This document shows, one piece after another, positions 25,555-38,957 of a stretch of DNA of 64,000 nucleotides. Position numbers and translations under genes: made by a program. Position 1 is the first letter of the stretch, and each line of letters begins with the position of its first letter. The stretch spans positions 248,001 to 312,000 of the forward strand of contig JAKMXF010000222.1 of assembly GCA_024704765.1 (NCBI GenBank). Reading direction: 5' to 3'. A model generated the notes under the pieces. It was given only the letters and a program-made list of their open reading frames with translations, did no database searches and was not told the origin of the DNA. The DNA is from Oopsacas minuta. Taxonomy: Eukaryota; Animalia; Porifera.

Positions 25555-28396
25555 TCATTTTGAGTACATCTTCTCTATTACGTCATAATATTTCTTCACA
25601 ACATATAATCTCTTCAGTTTACCTGTAGGAGTAAGTTCATTTGTGTTTATGGAGAAATTCAGTGGAAGAATTGTAAACTTCTAGAATAAGAAAACACGTA
25701 TAAATGACATTACATAAATACATTCAATAGTTTGATAATAATACCTTTATCAAACACAAATGATTCATAGCTCTCTCATTAGCTCTATTGATTCCATCCT
25801 GAATATACTTATTCACAATAACACTCTCCTTTGCCTCACTTATTTTATTCACTTCCACTCCTAGACTCTTACAAATGCCTACAGCTTCATCATCTAGATC
25901 ATCTGTAGGAATACCAGCTGGACTCAGTTTACTCTTTAGAGTTACTAACATGTTGAAATGCTGCTTAGCTTCACCTACTACAACACAGAAGGCACACAGC
26001 TTCAGTTCCTTCTTCATTTCTTGCTCAATTGGTATTGGTGCAACTTTTTGTCCAGATCCTATCTTCAATATTTCCTTTATGCGTCCATTTATCCATACAA
26101 AACCTGAATAATTAATGAAATTGACTTTATTAACAAAAAGTAAATTTATCGTAACCTTCAGAATCGATATATCCAACATCTCCAGTATGAAACCACCCGT
26201 CAGTATCAATAACTTCTGCTGTCTTAACGGGATCTTTCAGATAACCCATGAACAAATATCTACCTCTTATTAGAACTTCACCTTCTCCTTCACTGAAAAA
26301 TAATTATTTTCAAAAGTATAAAAATTCAAAAAATATACCTCCACAAAAAGGAACGCTGATAAATGCTACCGCGTTTCTGCCAAATTCCACGTTTGTGGAG
26401 GTTTCACTATATACATCATTTTACCTGTTCGGTTTGTCAATGATTAATTCACTGCCTTGTATCGGCTTCCCCACAGAACCAACTTTATTAGCATGAGGTA
26501 AATTCATAGCAGCTGGCCCACAAATTTCAGTTGTACCATACAGGTTATAAAGGGGTAATCCTGCATCTGCCAGGAATTCGTATACACTGAGAGGAAGAAT
26601 TGCAGCTGCTGTAATCTACAGTGGATCTCGTTAATAAGAATACAGTTTATATGACTTCCTGATAAGGAGTACAAAATTGATTATTTCTTACAACTCACCA
26701 ATATTCTAGCTTTGCTAAGACCAATTGATTTAGCCACGTCACCCGTAGGCAATCTGAAATATATTATACGAACATGTCAAATAACAGCATTCAATATGTA
26801 CTCGATAAGATAGAAATTTGTGTCATTTACCTTCCAGTTTTGACTTCAACTTCGACCTTTTCAAAAATTAGCTCCCAGACTCGAGGTACTCCCAAAAATA
26901 CGTTTGGCTCAACCTCCTAGAAGAAAGCTAAATACATAATTCGCCAGTAAATTCCTTCAGCAATTATATATGCTGAAGTGAAATTTTGAAAAGTTGTTTA
27001 GAATACAGTGGACTGTCTTTTAACTAGTCGTAACTTGCATATATTTCCCTTACAAATATACATTAGATACAGAGATGTGTATAAGAGACAAGCATTTCCC
27101 ATGCAAAACGAATTACATGTCCCTGAAAAACTTGCTATCACAGTAATATAATCATTGATATTCAGAGCAATTACTGATTAACAAACATACTACACAAAGC
27201 TCAATAAATATGTACTAACCTTCAGAGAGTCAATTAGTGAACCACTCAATACATTAGACATAGCAAAATACACCTCACATCCTGATATAAATGGCGTGAA
27301 TACATCCTATCATCAAATTAGTTTAATTCTTAATCCTATTTTGTAAATAATGTCAAAAAAACATGATTTGTACTTACAAACATTTGTCCTACAACATGAC
27401 TTGATGGAAGATAACTTAGTATGCGATCTCCCTAGAAATAATTAACTCTGTTAGATTGGAAATCATTCGATTATTCAATACGTGAGTCTTTACCTGTTTG
27501 AATTTATATTCTAAGTTCATTAATGTTGTAATCCAGATCATATTGTCATGCGTTAGCATAGTACCCTAAAAGAGAACATTAAATATGTTGCATGGTAGTT
27601 TAAACTCCATACCTTCGGCATTCCTGTAGTCCCTGATGTGTATACTAGATTAGTACATTGTCCTGGTTTCTGAGTTGATATTATAGCCTCTACATCTTCT
27701 GTCTTTACATCCTATTACAGCAGATAAATATTTCCCAAAAATGATTCTATATTTCTATTTATACCTTTCCCAATTGTAAGAATTCCTCCCAGCTGATCAC
27801 TCCTCTCTCCCTCTGAGATTGTTCTACAGGAACTGGTGAGTATTGTACAAACTTCATACCCTCAATTCCCTTCCCTGCCTCTAACAACTTCTCCAGTATC
27901 AAGCTGTGTTCTCCAATCGCAACACGACTACCAGAATTCTCCAGAATATACTTTGTTGTTTCTACATTGTTGGTTGTATAGATACCAGTGGCTAGTCCAC
28001 CTGCGATGATGGTTCCTAATTCTGCCATTATCCACTCAGGTGAATTGAACCCCATAATGCTAACTCCATCAAATCTCTTCAAACCAACAGCTAGAAGGGA
28101 TTTGGCTACACACATACACTGTTCATACATTTCTGTAATAGTTATATATTCCCATTTTCCTGCACGCTTCACGTTCCATGCTTTGTTAGATCCAAATTTT
28201 GAAAAGCTGCCTTTAATCAAATCAGGAATGGTGCGAGGTGGGATGGCGCTAATTCCTTCTTTTCCAACCTAAAGATATAAAAATTATATAAATTAAAAAA
28301 TATGTTTATACGTATATGTAACCTAAGACTTACCCTTGCTATAGTATCAATTTCTGAAGTTGGTTCACTCACCCAATGCTTTTGATTCGAAGCCAT
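25555..28396 (-). CDS. ACSBG: Bubblegum-family acyl-CoA ligase, copy 3; 12 exons
   Basis: YTSGTTGMPK, SYLPSSH, GVPRVWE, YGTTE, FHTGDVG, ELTPTGKLKR; intact splice phases. Confidence 0.92.
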
Positions 28397-28925
28397 CTTA
28401 GATTAATAATTTTATCGTTTAATTTGATATCAGCTGTAAGCTACCAACTATGTTAATGTAGAATTTAAGATTAATAACATAGTAGACAAGAAATATCAAG
28501 TTGTATACAAGTAACTTCGGTATACTATTAATATTCCACAAACTATTTCTATTCCAGGTTTTATATTTCCATAGAGATGTCACGATGAGGTGATTGGTAC
28601 ATATAACTCATGATATTGAAACCAATATAGACATACATTTACATGTATCATACTTCAAATAGTTTTGTGGGGAAGTAATAACTGTATGTCCAAAGTTACT
28701 TCTCTATAAATTGATGTTTAGAATATTTAGAAACTTATATTTTAGTGCTTTTTTGAAAATTGGGGATACTTTTTGAAGTACGTATAGCATATACTCGTTA
28801 ATTCTTCGTAGTAAAATAGTTGATAGAGTTAACTCAAATTAATAGATAAAATGCGACCTTTATTATTCGACTATTCACCATAAACAGTTGATAAATTCTA
28901 AATTGCTTTATTTATAATAGCAAAT

Positions 28926-31900
28926 ATGGCAGCAGAAACTCCTGCAAACTGGGTTACGAATCCCTCAGATGAAGTAGTTATACAGGTTTGTTCATATTTT
29001 AGTTGTTACTTGGGGATAAATTTATAATTTCCCAACAGGTCGGGAAGGATGGAGTGGCTGCTCTTCCACCTCGAACCATTCCAGACGTTTTCAAAGAGAA
29101 ATGTGATCAATTTGGAGCTGCCAAAGCATTGAATGTAAAGAGAGATGGAAAGTGGCAATCGACAACATTCACAGAGTTATATGAACAGTGTATGCGTGTA
29201 GCCAAGTCCCTTCTAGCTGTTGGTTTGAAGAGATTTGAGGGAGTTAGCATTATGGGGTTCAATTCACCTGAGTGGATAATGGCAGAATTAGGAACCATCA
29301 TGGCAGGTGGACTAGCCACTGGTATCTATACAACCAACAATGTAGAAACAACAAAGTATATTCTGGAGAATTCTGGTAGTCGTGTTGCGATTGGAGAACA
29401 CAGCTTGATACTGGAGAAGTTGTTAGAGGCAGGGAAGGGAATTGAGGGTATGAAGTTTGTACAATACTCACCAGTTCCTGTAGAACAATCTCAGAGGGAG
29501 AGAGGAGTGATCAGCTGGGAGGAATTCTTACAATTGGGAAAGGTATAAATAGAAATATAGAATCATTTTTGGGAAATATTTATCTGCTGTAATAGGATGT
29601 AAAGACAGAAGATGTAGAGGCTATAATATCAACTCAGAAACCAGGACAATGTAGCGTACTTGTATACACATCAGGGACTACAGGAATGCCAAAGGTATAC
29701 AGATTTACTATTTGTATACTTTCAATACTTCTCATATATTTCCTGTTGTAGGGTGTTATGCTGAGTCATGACAATCTCATCTGGACGACGATTACACTAA
29801 TGGGTCCTTTCAATTTTAATTTGGTTAGTAATATGCCTACAATATTGTGTGTTAAGACCACACCATATTTATGTTATTTTCCATTTTACAGGGTGATCCT
29901 GCAGTTAGCTATCTTCCTTTCAGTCATATCGCTGGACAAATATTGGTAAATCAATAGTACAGTATATGATCAGGTTAGTCAAATACGTTATATATTGTTG
30001 ATTATATTTATAGGATATTATAGCAACGTTCATTATTGGTCTTGAAATTAATTTTGCACAACCAGATGCTCTGAAAGGCACACTAGTAGAAACACTGAAG
30101 GTAAGTGAATATGCATCTACAGTAGACTCTGCTTAACAGAGCTATAGTCAATCAGGTCACTTGTCCAGAAACAGAACCATACAAATAGAGTAAAATTACT
30201 CCAGTTAATCGGGCCAAAATGGCCTGGTCCCAATGTGACCCTATTAAGCAGAGTCTACTGTACTTGTATTGGGAAACTATTTCCACTTTTACGATCATAT
30301 TTACTAGGAAGTGGAACCAGTCAATTTCTTGGGAGTGCCAAGAGTTTGGGAAAAGATGAAAGACAAAATAGAACCTGCAGTTAAGGCTGGAAAGTGAGTA
30401 CCCAATTTAAGTTTTTAACATACATGTATACGAATTATTTTAACTTTTGTATGCAGAGTACCACTTCCAGCTGTTAAGAAAATTTTAGGGCTCGGAAAAG
30501 GACAGAAATTTGTAAGTTAGGATCAGACAAAATTTTCTACTTCGTACAATTCAACAATTTCCTATTTCAGTTTACGGCAGCAGCACCAACCCCAATTGCA
30601 GTACTTAACTTCTTTGAAACTGCTGACTGTAAAATTCTTAATGTTTATGGTACCAGTGAGAATTCCGGTCCAGCCTGTTTTTGTCTACCTGATGTGGATA
30701 AGACTGGATCTGTTGGTAAACATATGATAGGTACAGAGGTTAAGCTTCATAAGCCTAATAGGCAAGTATTATTTTATATCATAATTTCCCATGTACATAT
30801 ACGATAAGGCCTCAGTTAATGACAAACTTGTTCAGCTCCACATGATGTCCATCTAAGCATGCGCGCGGGCGCATTTCATTATCATTATCTCTTTACTTTA
30901 TGACGTTATCATACAAGTGAGTTAGTAAATATATTATGTGTAGTTGAATTTCACTGAGAAAATGGTGAAATAATGACAATATTCATGTGGCAGGTAAACT
31001 TGATGCGGGCGGTGGAGCTGAAATAATTATCCAACTAACAATAGCCTAAACGAACTCCCCAAATTGCAAGATAATTTTACGCACTTTTGTAGTTTGATAA
31101 TGGAATAATAAGCGAAAGCACAATTTATACGTATTTATTTGTGTTTAGCATCCACTTGATTCATTAAAATATTGTTATTAAGTTAAATATAATGCAATAC
31201 GTTAGCAATTCTGAAAATCATCAGTAAGCATAGAATTAATCTTTGTCTATATAGTGAGGGAGAAGGAGAGCTGTGTCTTAAAGGTAGACATATCTTCATG
31301 GGATATCTCAAGGCTCCTGAGAAAACTAAGCCTGTTATGGATGCTGATAGTTATTATCATACCGGTGATTTGGCCAAAATTGACTCAGATGGTAAAATAT
31401 ATTATATTTTTTGTAGAATCAAAGAAACTTTTTTGGTTAATTCAATTGTTTGATATTATTAGGTTTCGTGTGGATTACTGGTCGCATTAAGGAGCTGATA
31501 GTTACCTCTGGTGGAGAGAATATTGCTCCAGTAGTAATAGAAGATGAGATGAAGAAAGAAATACTGTTATGTGCTTACTTTGTAGTAGTTGGAGATGGTA
31601 AAAACTATCTCAACATGTTAGTAACTCTAAAGAGTAAACTGAGTCCAGCTGGTATTCCTACAGATGATCTAGATGATGAAGCTGTAGGCATTTGTAAGAG
31701 TCTAGGAGTGGAAGTGAATAAAATAAGTGAGGCAAAGGAGAGTGTTGCAGTAAAGAAGTATATTCAGGATGGAATCAATAGAGCTAATGAGAGAGCTATT
31801 TCTAATGCTGCGAAAGTACAGGTAATCACATTGTATAAATTAATTCATAAATATTTTTCCAGTCATATATTTGCAGGGTTTCTTAACCTGTGGTCAAATG

Positions 31901-32195
31901 ACCTCACTATGACCACAGATATATTACATCATTTTTCAATTTGATTTCTATCGCCATTTTCTAGTGAACTTTGACCAACAAGTTTTTACTTAGCGCGGCA
32001 ATGGCCCATGAAATTTCGAGAAACCCTGATCTATTATTTTCATATTTATTAACTTGTTTCTTTTCCTTATAGAAATTCGCCATCTTACCCCTTGATCTAT
32101 CAATTGCTGGAGATGAACTAACCCCTACTGCTAAGCTGAAACGTAGCTTTGTTATTAACAAATACGCTGATGTTATTGCAAAGTTATATGCATAG
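28926..32195 (+). CDS. ACSBG: Bubblegum-family acyl-CoA ligase, copy 4 (most canonical); 12 exons, one GC-AG intron
   Basis: GVPRVWEK, YGTSE, ITGRIKELIVTSGGENIAP, SNAAKVQK, ELTPTAKLKR. Confidence 0.93.
30120..30260. mobile_element. Tc1/mariner-like MITE with perfect 17-bp TIR and TA flanks
   Basis: TA-cagtagactctgcttaa ... ttaagcagagtctactg-TA in an ACSBG-4 intron. Confidence 0.85.
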
Positions 32196-32340
32196 AATAG
32201 TTTAGCGGATTTCTCTTGTCATTATTTACCTTTCTTTGCTTGTATTTATTCGTTCTTATATCTTTCCTTCTATCTTTACCTTTAACCTAATTGTATATTC
32301 TCATTTTATGGCTAATTATATATTTTTAATATATAGCTAG

Positions 32341-32550
32341 CCAGGGGTAACTAAGTACGCTGAATCCGAATTTGGATATTCTAGTTTCTCTTATGTAAAT
32401 TCTTTGTTGTTTTTATGAATATAAAGTAAACAAATGTTGAAATAGTAAATTATTAATTCAATTTTGCAATTTTATACTTTGTTAAATTCGAGGCACGAAG
32501 TGCCGAGTCCCATGCAAACACAAAGTGTTTGCATGGCCCGCAGCTCGTTA
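32341..32550. mobile_element. Possible Helentron/HINE-like non-autonomous element end; related fragment ~58245-58500
   Basis: Twin hairpins ggcac-GAA-gtgcc and ccatgcaaacac-AAA-gtgtttgcatgg (32510-32536) then cgcagctcgt; 'gctgaatccga..tatgtaaatt..tttatgaat' shared with 58380-58450, which follows a gtctgtttgtttgtccgt tract. Confidence 0.4.
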
Positions 32551-34019
32551 AGTATAATATTTATACAATATTAATAAAATGAAAATTTTTTACTATATTT
32601 CACATTTTGTTTTTCCGAAGGCCCTGAATATCCTGTCTTAGCCATTAGCATAGAAGTAAAAGATTTTACACAGCATTACTATATCTTACAGCTATGCTAG
32701 ATATTCCAAAGTTATTCCAGCACCACCTACTATACACAAATGTGCTATACTTGAGTCATTTCTCACATTACGATGAATTAATTAATGAGCATTATTACTT
32801 CCTCATCTGCTGAACCTCATTAAGTACTTTGCCATGTCCTATTAATGATTGCACCATTTGCCTAAAGGAATTCGGCATGATCATTATTTCAATGCAAATT
32901 AGAATTTAGTTACATGAACATTTCTGTGATAATTATTCATTTAATCGTGAGTAGAATGATTGTAAATAACAAGATACGATGGTCTAGGATTACCTAAGCA
33001 AATATTTTTCAAATACCAAGTCCCTTTAATGGGGCAAGTTAGTTGCTACAAGTTTCTCTCAATTAAGTGGAATTACTGATTTTTAAAATTGTATTATCTT
33101 TATGGGAATGGTAGGAATTCTTCGGGGAAAGCGCGTGTCCCTATTAATTGAATTCGTCTGTATTATAGAAAGTAAATTTGTTGAAGCCTAAGCCTAAGCC
33201 TAATTTCTCAAAATCCCTATATGATTAATATGTCTCGTTGCCTTATCTTGGAGTAATTTTACTATTAATAACTCGTTCAAATTAAGATAGTCAAAATTCG
33301 ATGACTTTATAATGTATACATCGTAACAAGATTTGGATAAAAATTGAAATTTTATTACTATTGTTTGAATAAATAATATGACAGTCACCAAATTGTTAAA
33401 GCATGTTCCCTGTCGTAGACAATATGTCTCTGTATTAAAGATAAATCGCCTATAAAAGCAAACGTTCGATTATGCTATTGTATTTCTAGTTTTGTGTATT
33501 TACACTATTTTCAATAGAATATTTGGCCCATTTAATTCGCATTGAAAATAATACAGGTATTTTAATAATTATCCCATTCAACGCTAATTTTATCCTTTTT
33601 AAATATTATATTTATTTAAGCGAGATTTTGTATATATTTTCTGGACTGAGAAATCAATTCCTCAGATTCTACCTGTATTCTTTAAGGTTTATGCGAAAAT
33701 TTCAATATTTGAGAGAAAATACATCATATACCGTGCTTACTACAAAAATTGATAAATGCATTACAAATGTAAAACATTTGCAATGCATTTTATCTTTATA
33801 CAAGGACCCGATGATTATGTCTCTTCCATCCTTTTGTGAAATATTTGCATTGTTTCATATATGTTTTCCAATATACAATGCTATAAATTCTTCATTTGCA
33901 TATCCTAAATATTATATGCACAATATAAATAATGTTACATATACATATAAACAACAGAATTCGTTGTTTTGGACCCTCAGACATCTATGATGTGCAAAAT
34001 TGCAATGTTTGTAAATAAT

Positions 34020-34165
34020 CAAGGTTGCAACCGAATAGTTCAATATTCGGTTACCAAGTGAATATCAGTATTCGGTATTCGGTTGATGTAACCGAATATT
34101 ATCAGTATTCGGTTAAGCAACTTATTCATGAATTCTGATATTCGGTTCGATCGGTTTCAACCTTG
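34020..34165. mobile_element. hAT-like MITE with perfect 8-bp TSD
   Basis: taaataat-CAAGGTTGCAACCGA ... TCGGTTTCAACCTTG-taaataat; multiple internal tattcggt repeats. Confidence 0.88.
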
Positions 34166-34667
34166 TAAATAATGATACAACGAACTCTTGGACTATGGAT
34201 ATAATAGCTTTTTCTGACTAACACGCCAAATTCTGACAAGTAGAAATTTGACCACACTTGTCAGAACCCAATGGAACCCCCCTGACAAGGGTTTCATCGA
34301 GGTTCTCAAGGCCATACGCAGATACACCTAAAACCGCATTATAATTCTTTTCATAACATAACTACACAATTAGTATTTAAGAGTTTTGCCAAAACGTCTA
34401 GAAACTGATAAGCTGAAATTCTGCGTTGTGGGCGCAGTGTATACGTGTATGCGCCTGGATAATACCCTACAAATGATTTCAACCACATTATGACAAATAA
34501 ATTACTGTAAAGTATACATACATGCAAGTTACCCATTTTCATTACACAAAAATAACAAGCTCACTTTTGATAGATTACATTCTAAATTTCTGACAGTTCA
34601 CTCATTTATCACTTTATTTTATATTTTCTTTGCCCAGCTCTACGGCGCCATAGTTGTATAATTAGAA

Positions 34668-37600
34668 ATGTCTGGTGCCATGTGTTGTATCACTAATGGA
34701 AGAGAAGAAGTAGCTAACAGTGAGGAGCAGATAAAGCTACGTGAGCAGAAGAGAAAGAACAAACTAATCACACAGAAATTGAAATTAGAAAAGATTAAAT
34801 ATGAACGTACTCATCGTCTCCTTTTATTGGGAGCTGGCGAATCAGGAAAGAGTACGGTAGTTAAACAGATGGAATTGGCGTTTCTAAACGGATTCAGTGA
34901 TGAATACAGACTTGAATTTGTGAGTGAATATCTGTAATGAAATCTTAAAAATAAACAATTACAAACCAATCGTCTTAAACAAAAGCTTATCTCCGAAACG
35001 ATCAAATTAGAATGCTTTTTCCTTGTCCTATTTTGGCATTAGTGAGGGTATAATAGATTATGACTGTGGAATTTGTTCTTATAACAAACTATATAGAATT
35101 TGCATATGGAAATATATGGCAGATAATTTACTGTTTTATCAATCTGTTCTTTTAATGTTTCTTGATATTACAGTCAACTCCCGTTATATCGAAGCTCAAG
35201 GGACCGCGATAATGAGATATAAGCGATGAATTGTACAGTCAACTCCTTATATCGAATACGGATATATAGAAATACCAGCTTATGTCTAAGCCTGAACTTG
35301 TTCAAATATGGTCCCAAACCGTCAAAGAGAAACATTAATTACACCGGTTATATTGAAGTTATTATCGTGGTCCCTTGAGCTTCGATATAACAGGAGTTGA
35401 CTCTACTTTACTTTGACGGTTTGGGACCATATTTGTGCAATTTCACACTTCACTATAAGCTGGTATTTCTATATATCCACGTTTGATATAACGTGAGTTG
35501 ATTGTATATCTCACTATTAGGCTGAAATCATACGAAGAAATCTACTTGAGGCTATTCAGACAATCCTTGAAGTAATGCCCAAATTCTCTATCTGTCTACA
35601 CGATAAAAGTCTTGAAATGCATAGAGATTACATTTTAAGAATAGTTCCAAATGGATCTCACCTTCCACCCAGATTCTATGATAGTTGTCGCAAAATAGCA
35701 TTAGATCCAGCTATAATGAAATGTCTATTGAGGAATAATGAATATCAGAGTTTGGATAGTGCAGCTTACTTTCTTGAGCCGAATAAGATCTGTGAAGTTG
35801 CTCGTGAGAACTATACTCCTACTGATATGGATATTCTAAGAAGTAGGTAAGAGTATATGAAATAATTATTGTTTATTTGTTTATATTTGTCAGTGCTAAC
35901 ACCCAGAAAATGAGTTGTTTGACCAATTTACTTAAATTCTATTTCAGGAAGAGAACTGAAGGGATTTTCGAAACTAAATTCGAGATGGAAGGAGAAAATT
36001 TTCATATTTTCGATGTAGGAGGACAGCGTGAAGAACGTAAGAAATGGATACAATGTTTTAATGACGTTACTGCTATAATATTCGTAGTAGAAAGCTCAGG
36101 CTATGATTGTGTTATTCGAGAAAATGGTGAAACAAATAGACTGTTAGAATCTTTAGATCTTTTCGAGAAGATTTGGAAGAATCATTGGCTGAAAAGTATT
36201 TCTGTTATTCTATTTTTAAACAAACAAGATCTTCTAGAGTTGAAGGTAAATTTATATTTTGTGATTTTTGGTATTTCCAATACTTTCGATGTTCTATCCA
36301 AAGTGCGATATCCTCTCCTATATGTATTTCGCGTAATTTTACTTATTATCTTACGTCAATTTATATAAAATTTGTTGAGAGTTAATGCAGCGATTCCCTA
36401 CCATTTTTTCAAAATTTGAGATCCTGTGCCCCTTGCGGTCGTCTGTAGACCACCGAAGAGTCCATGGACCCTAGGTTGGGGACAGCTGTTTAACGTATAA
36501 ACATTGAAACAAATTTTAAGGTTCAAAGTTCATTTACTGAGTTCTAATACAATAATTAGCTTGAATTATTCTTCGGCATAATCTGCTACTTTTTGTTCAG
36601 TAAAATCAATCTTGAAGAAAGCATGCTCAAGTGCTTTATTCGCGGTTAATCTCACTTTAGGATTAAGCTCTAACATCGCCTTTAACAAATCATAGACATC
36701 ATCAGGGTATGGATCAGCTGATCTTTTATCCTCTTTAACTTTTTCACAAATAACAGAAGAATCTGTAGAACCAGTATCTTTATGTTTGAGTCTAATGCTT
36801 CTCCGTGGCGTGCCCGGCTGGCTCGTGTTAACTTCCTGTATATCTGATATTGTTTTCGGTGAAATTATACTTTTATTCGTTTCCGGTGTGTTTATCTTCC
36901 CAGCTTGAGAAATAACTCCCCTAAGCTCACGACACAGATGGGATAATTCAAATCCTTTCACATATGGTTGACACGTGAGTTTCTTGTTCATAGCTCTAGC
37001 AGCTATTTGTACAGCTTCTGTACCGAATATAGTTGTTATGTGTCCTAGAGCAGTGATGTCATCTTGTGATTTGAAGAAAGGATAGCGACGGCTGAGAATA
37101 GAGATTAAAATAATGCCAGCAGCCCACATGTCTATCAATACGGTGTGCGGAGAGTACTTCAATAAGACCTATAAGTAAGTGGAATAGAACGTATAATATT
37201 TTGATTTTCGTCAATTAAGTGTACAGTTAGATGTGAGATGCTCTTATGTCCACACGAGCCTGGAAGTTTCAATTTGCTGTCTAAAAGTCAACCTGTGGCT
37301 AGGAATGTTTCTTATAATACTTTCTTCACAGTTTAGTAATGGAAAAAATTTTGAAAAGTATTATAAGAAACATTCATATTTACAGAACTTTTGCGATACT
37401 TATTCCAATCAACTCCCGTCATATTGAAGCTCAAGGGACCGAAATAATTACTTTGATATAAGCAGAGTTCGATATAACCCGATGAACTTTATGATACGAC
37501 GGCTTGGGACCATACTTGTATATAGTTTCAGAAATCGATATAAGCGGGTATTTCTATATATCCATGTTTGATATAACTGGAGTTGATTGTATGGACTTCC

Positions 37601-38957
37601 AGTGAACTAATATCTATGTCAACTAACCTCTGGGGCCCTGAATCCAGGTGTACCAGCACGAGAAACCTGCTGACTAGGTCTCCCATTACAGATATTACAA
37701 ACCTCTATATCACTGTGTCTATTATTACAACCGATAGAATCTGGAAGTCTTTTCTTTGAGCTATGTTCATTTTCTTTAAATCTACTTAGCGGAGTGCTAA
37801 TTTCTCGAATTTCCGTTGTAGCATCATTAGACACACCCAAATATTGTGCTAAACCAAAATCAACTAATCTGCATTGACCACTAATACGATTATATAGGAA
37901 ATTACTTGGCTTGATATCTCTATGTATTATGTTGAATTTATGTACGTGTTGAATTGCTTCGAGTAGAGCGCGCATGTATTTCTGTGTATCTTGAGTTGTG
38001 AATGTAAGAAAAAACGTCTGGAACTTCTGATGTGGGAAATGCGGCATAACCAATATGTAAATATCTTCCTGTCGCATGCATGTGAGTAATGTTATTACAT
38101 TTTGTTGACCGTTTAGTACACGAAGCATTTGGATTTCTTTTTCAACTCGATCAGGTCCAGATGTAGGGACTAGTACTTTGAATGCTAAACTGAAATTATT
38201 CTCATTGATATAGATTCCTTGATATACAGTGCTGAATGTTCCTTCTCCTATCCTTGTGAAGTTGTGGAAATTTTCGGTTATTTCTGGGAATTTTTCGAAA
38301 ATTTCTGAAACTTTTTGTTGTTGTTGTTCTTCTATAGCGGTCTGTTCTGTAGCCATTTGACATAATTAGTGGGGAAGATTTTTAAACAGATTTTTATATA
38401 TTCTCCTTATTTGGTTGCTTTTTAACTTATGAATATACTACTTACCTTTAACTTTGAAATAGATGCTGTCGTTTTGATGTAAGCTTTTGATCAGGAAACA
38501 ACATACAGTGGTGTTCGCATCATAACAAATTCGTGTAATACTAACGAAAAATTCGTGGAAAATATTACTTGCTAATAGGCGAACTCCACTAGATCTTATA
38601 GTATGTTAATTTTCTCTGATTCAGTTTATATGTTTGATTTAGGTACTACAAGGTCGCAAGTTGGAGCCATATTTCCCTGGGATAGAAGCTTACACGCCTC
38701 CAGATTATTCCACAATTTCCCCAGAAATAGACAAAGAAGAAGCATGCTACGACCCAAGGGTACAAAAAGCGCGTTGGTTTATCCGCGAGCAATTCATGCG
38801 TATAAGCGAAATCAACGTTTCCACGAATGAACGACGACTTTTCCCTCACTTCACAACTGCAATAGACACAGATAACATCAAAAAAGTATTCACTGATTGC
38901 AAAAGAATTGTACAGCTGATCAACTTAAGAGATTTCCATTTGTTAAGTCAAATCTGA
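34668..38957 (+). CDS. GNAS: Heterotrimeric G protein alpha subunit, Gs class (divergent); 4 exons
   Basis: [73 protein letters not shown]. Exons 34668-34919, 35521-35846, 35948-36245, 38643-38957. Confidence 0.92.
36566..38356 (-). CDS. CDC7: CDC7 Ser/Thr kinase, nested antisense in Gs-alpha intron 3; 2 exons
   Basis: [29 protein letters not shown] with a Cys-containing insert, [51 protein letters not shown]. Exons 38356-37628 and 37168-36566. Confidence 0.95.

Noticed and set aside
33523-33990. 155-aa ORF (and other 60-90 aa ORFs in introns and spacers)
   Set aside because: Ile/Phe/Tyr/Asn-rich composition typical of AT-rich noncoding DNA; no motifs.
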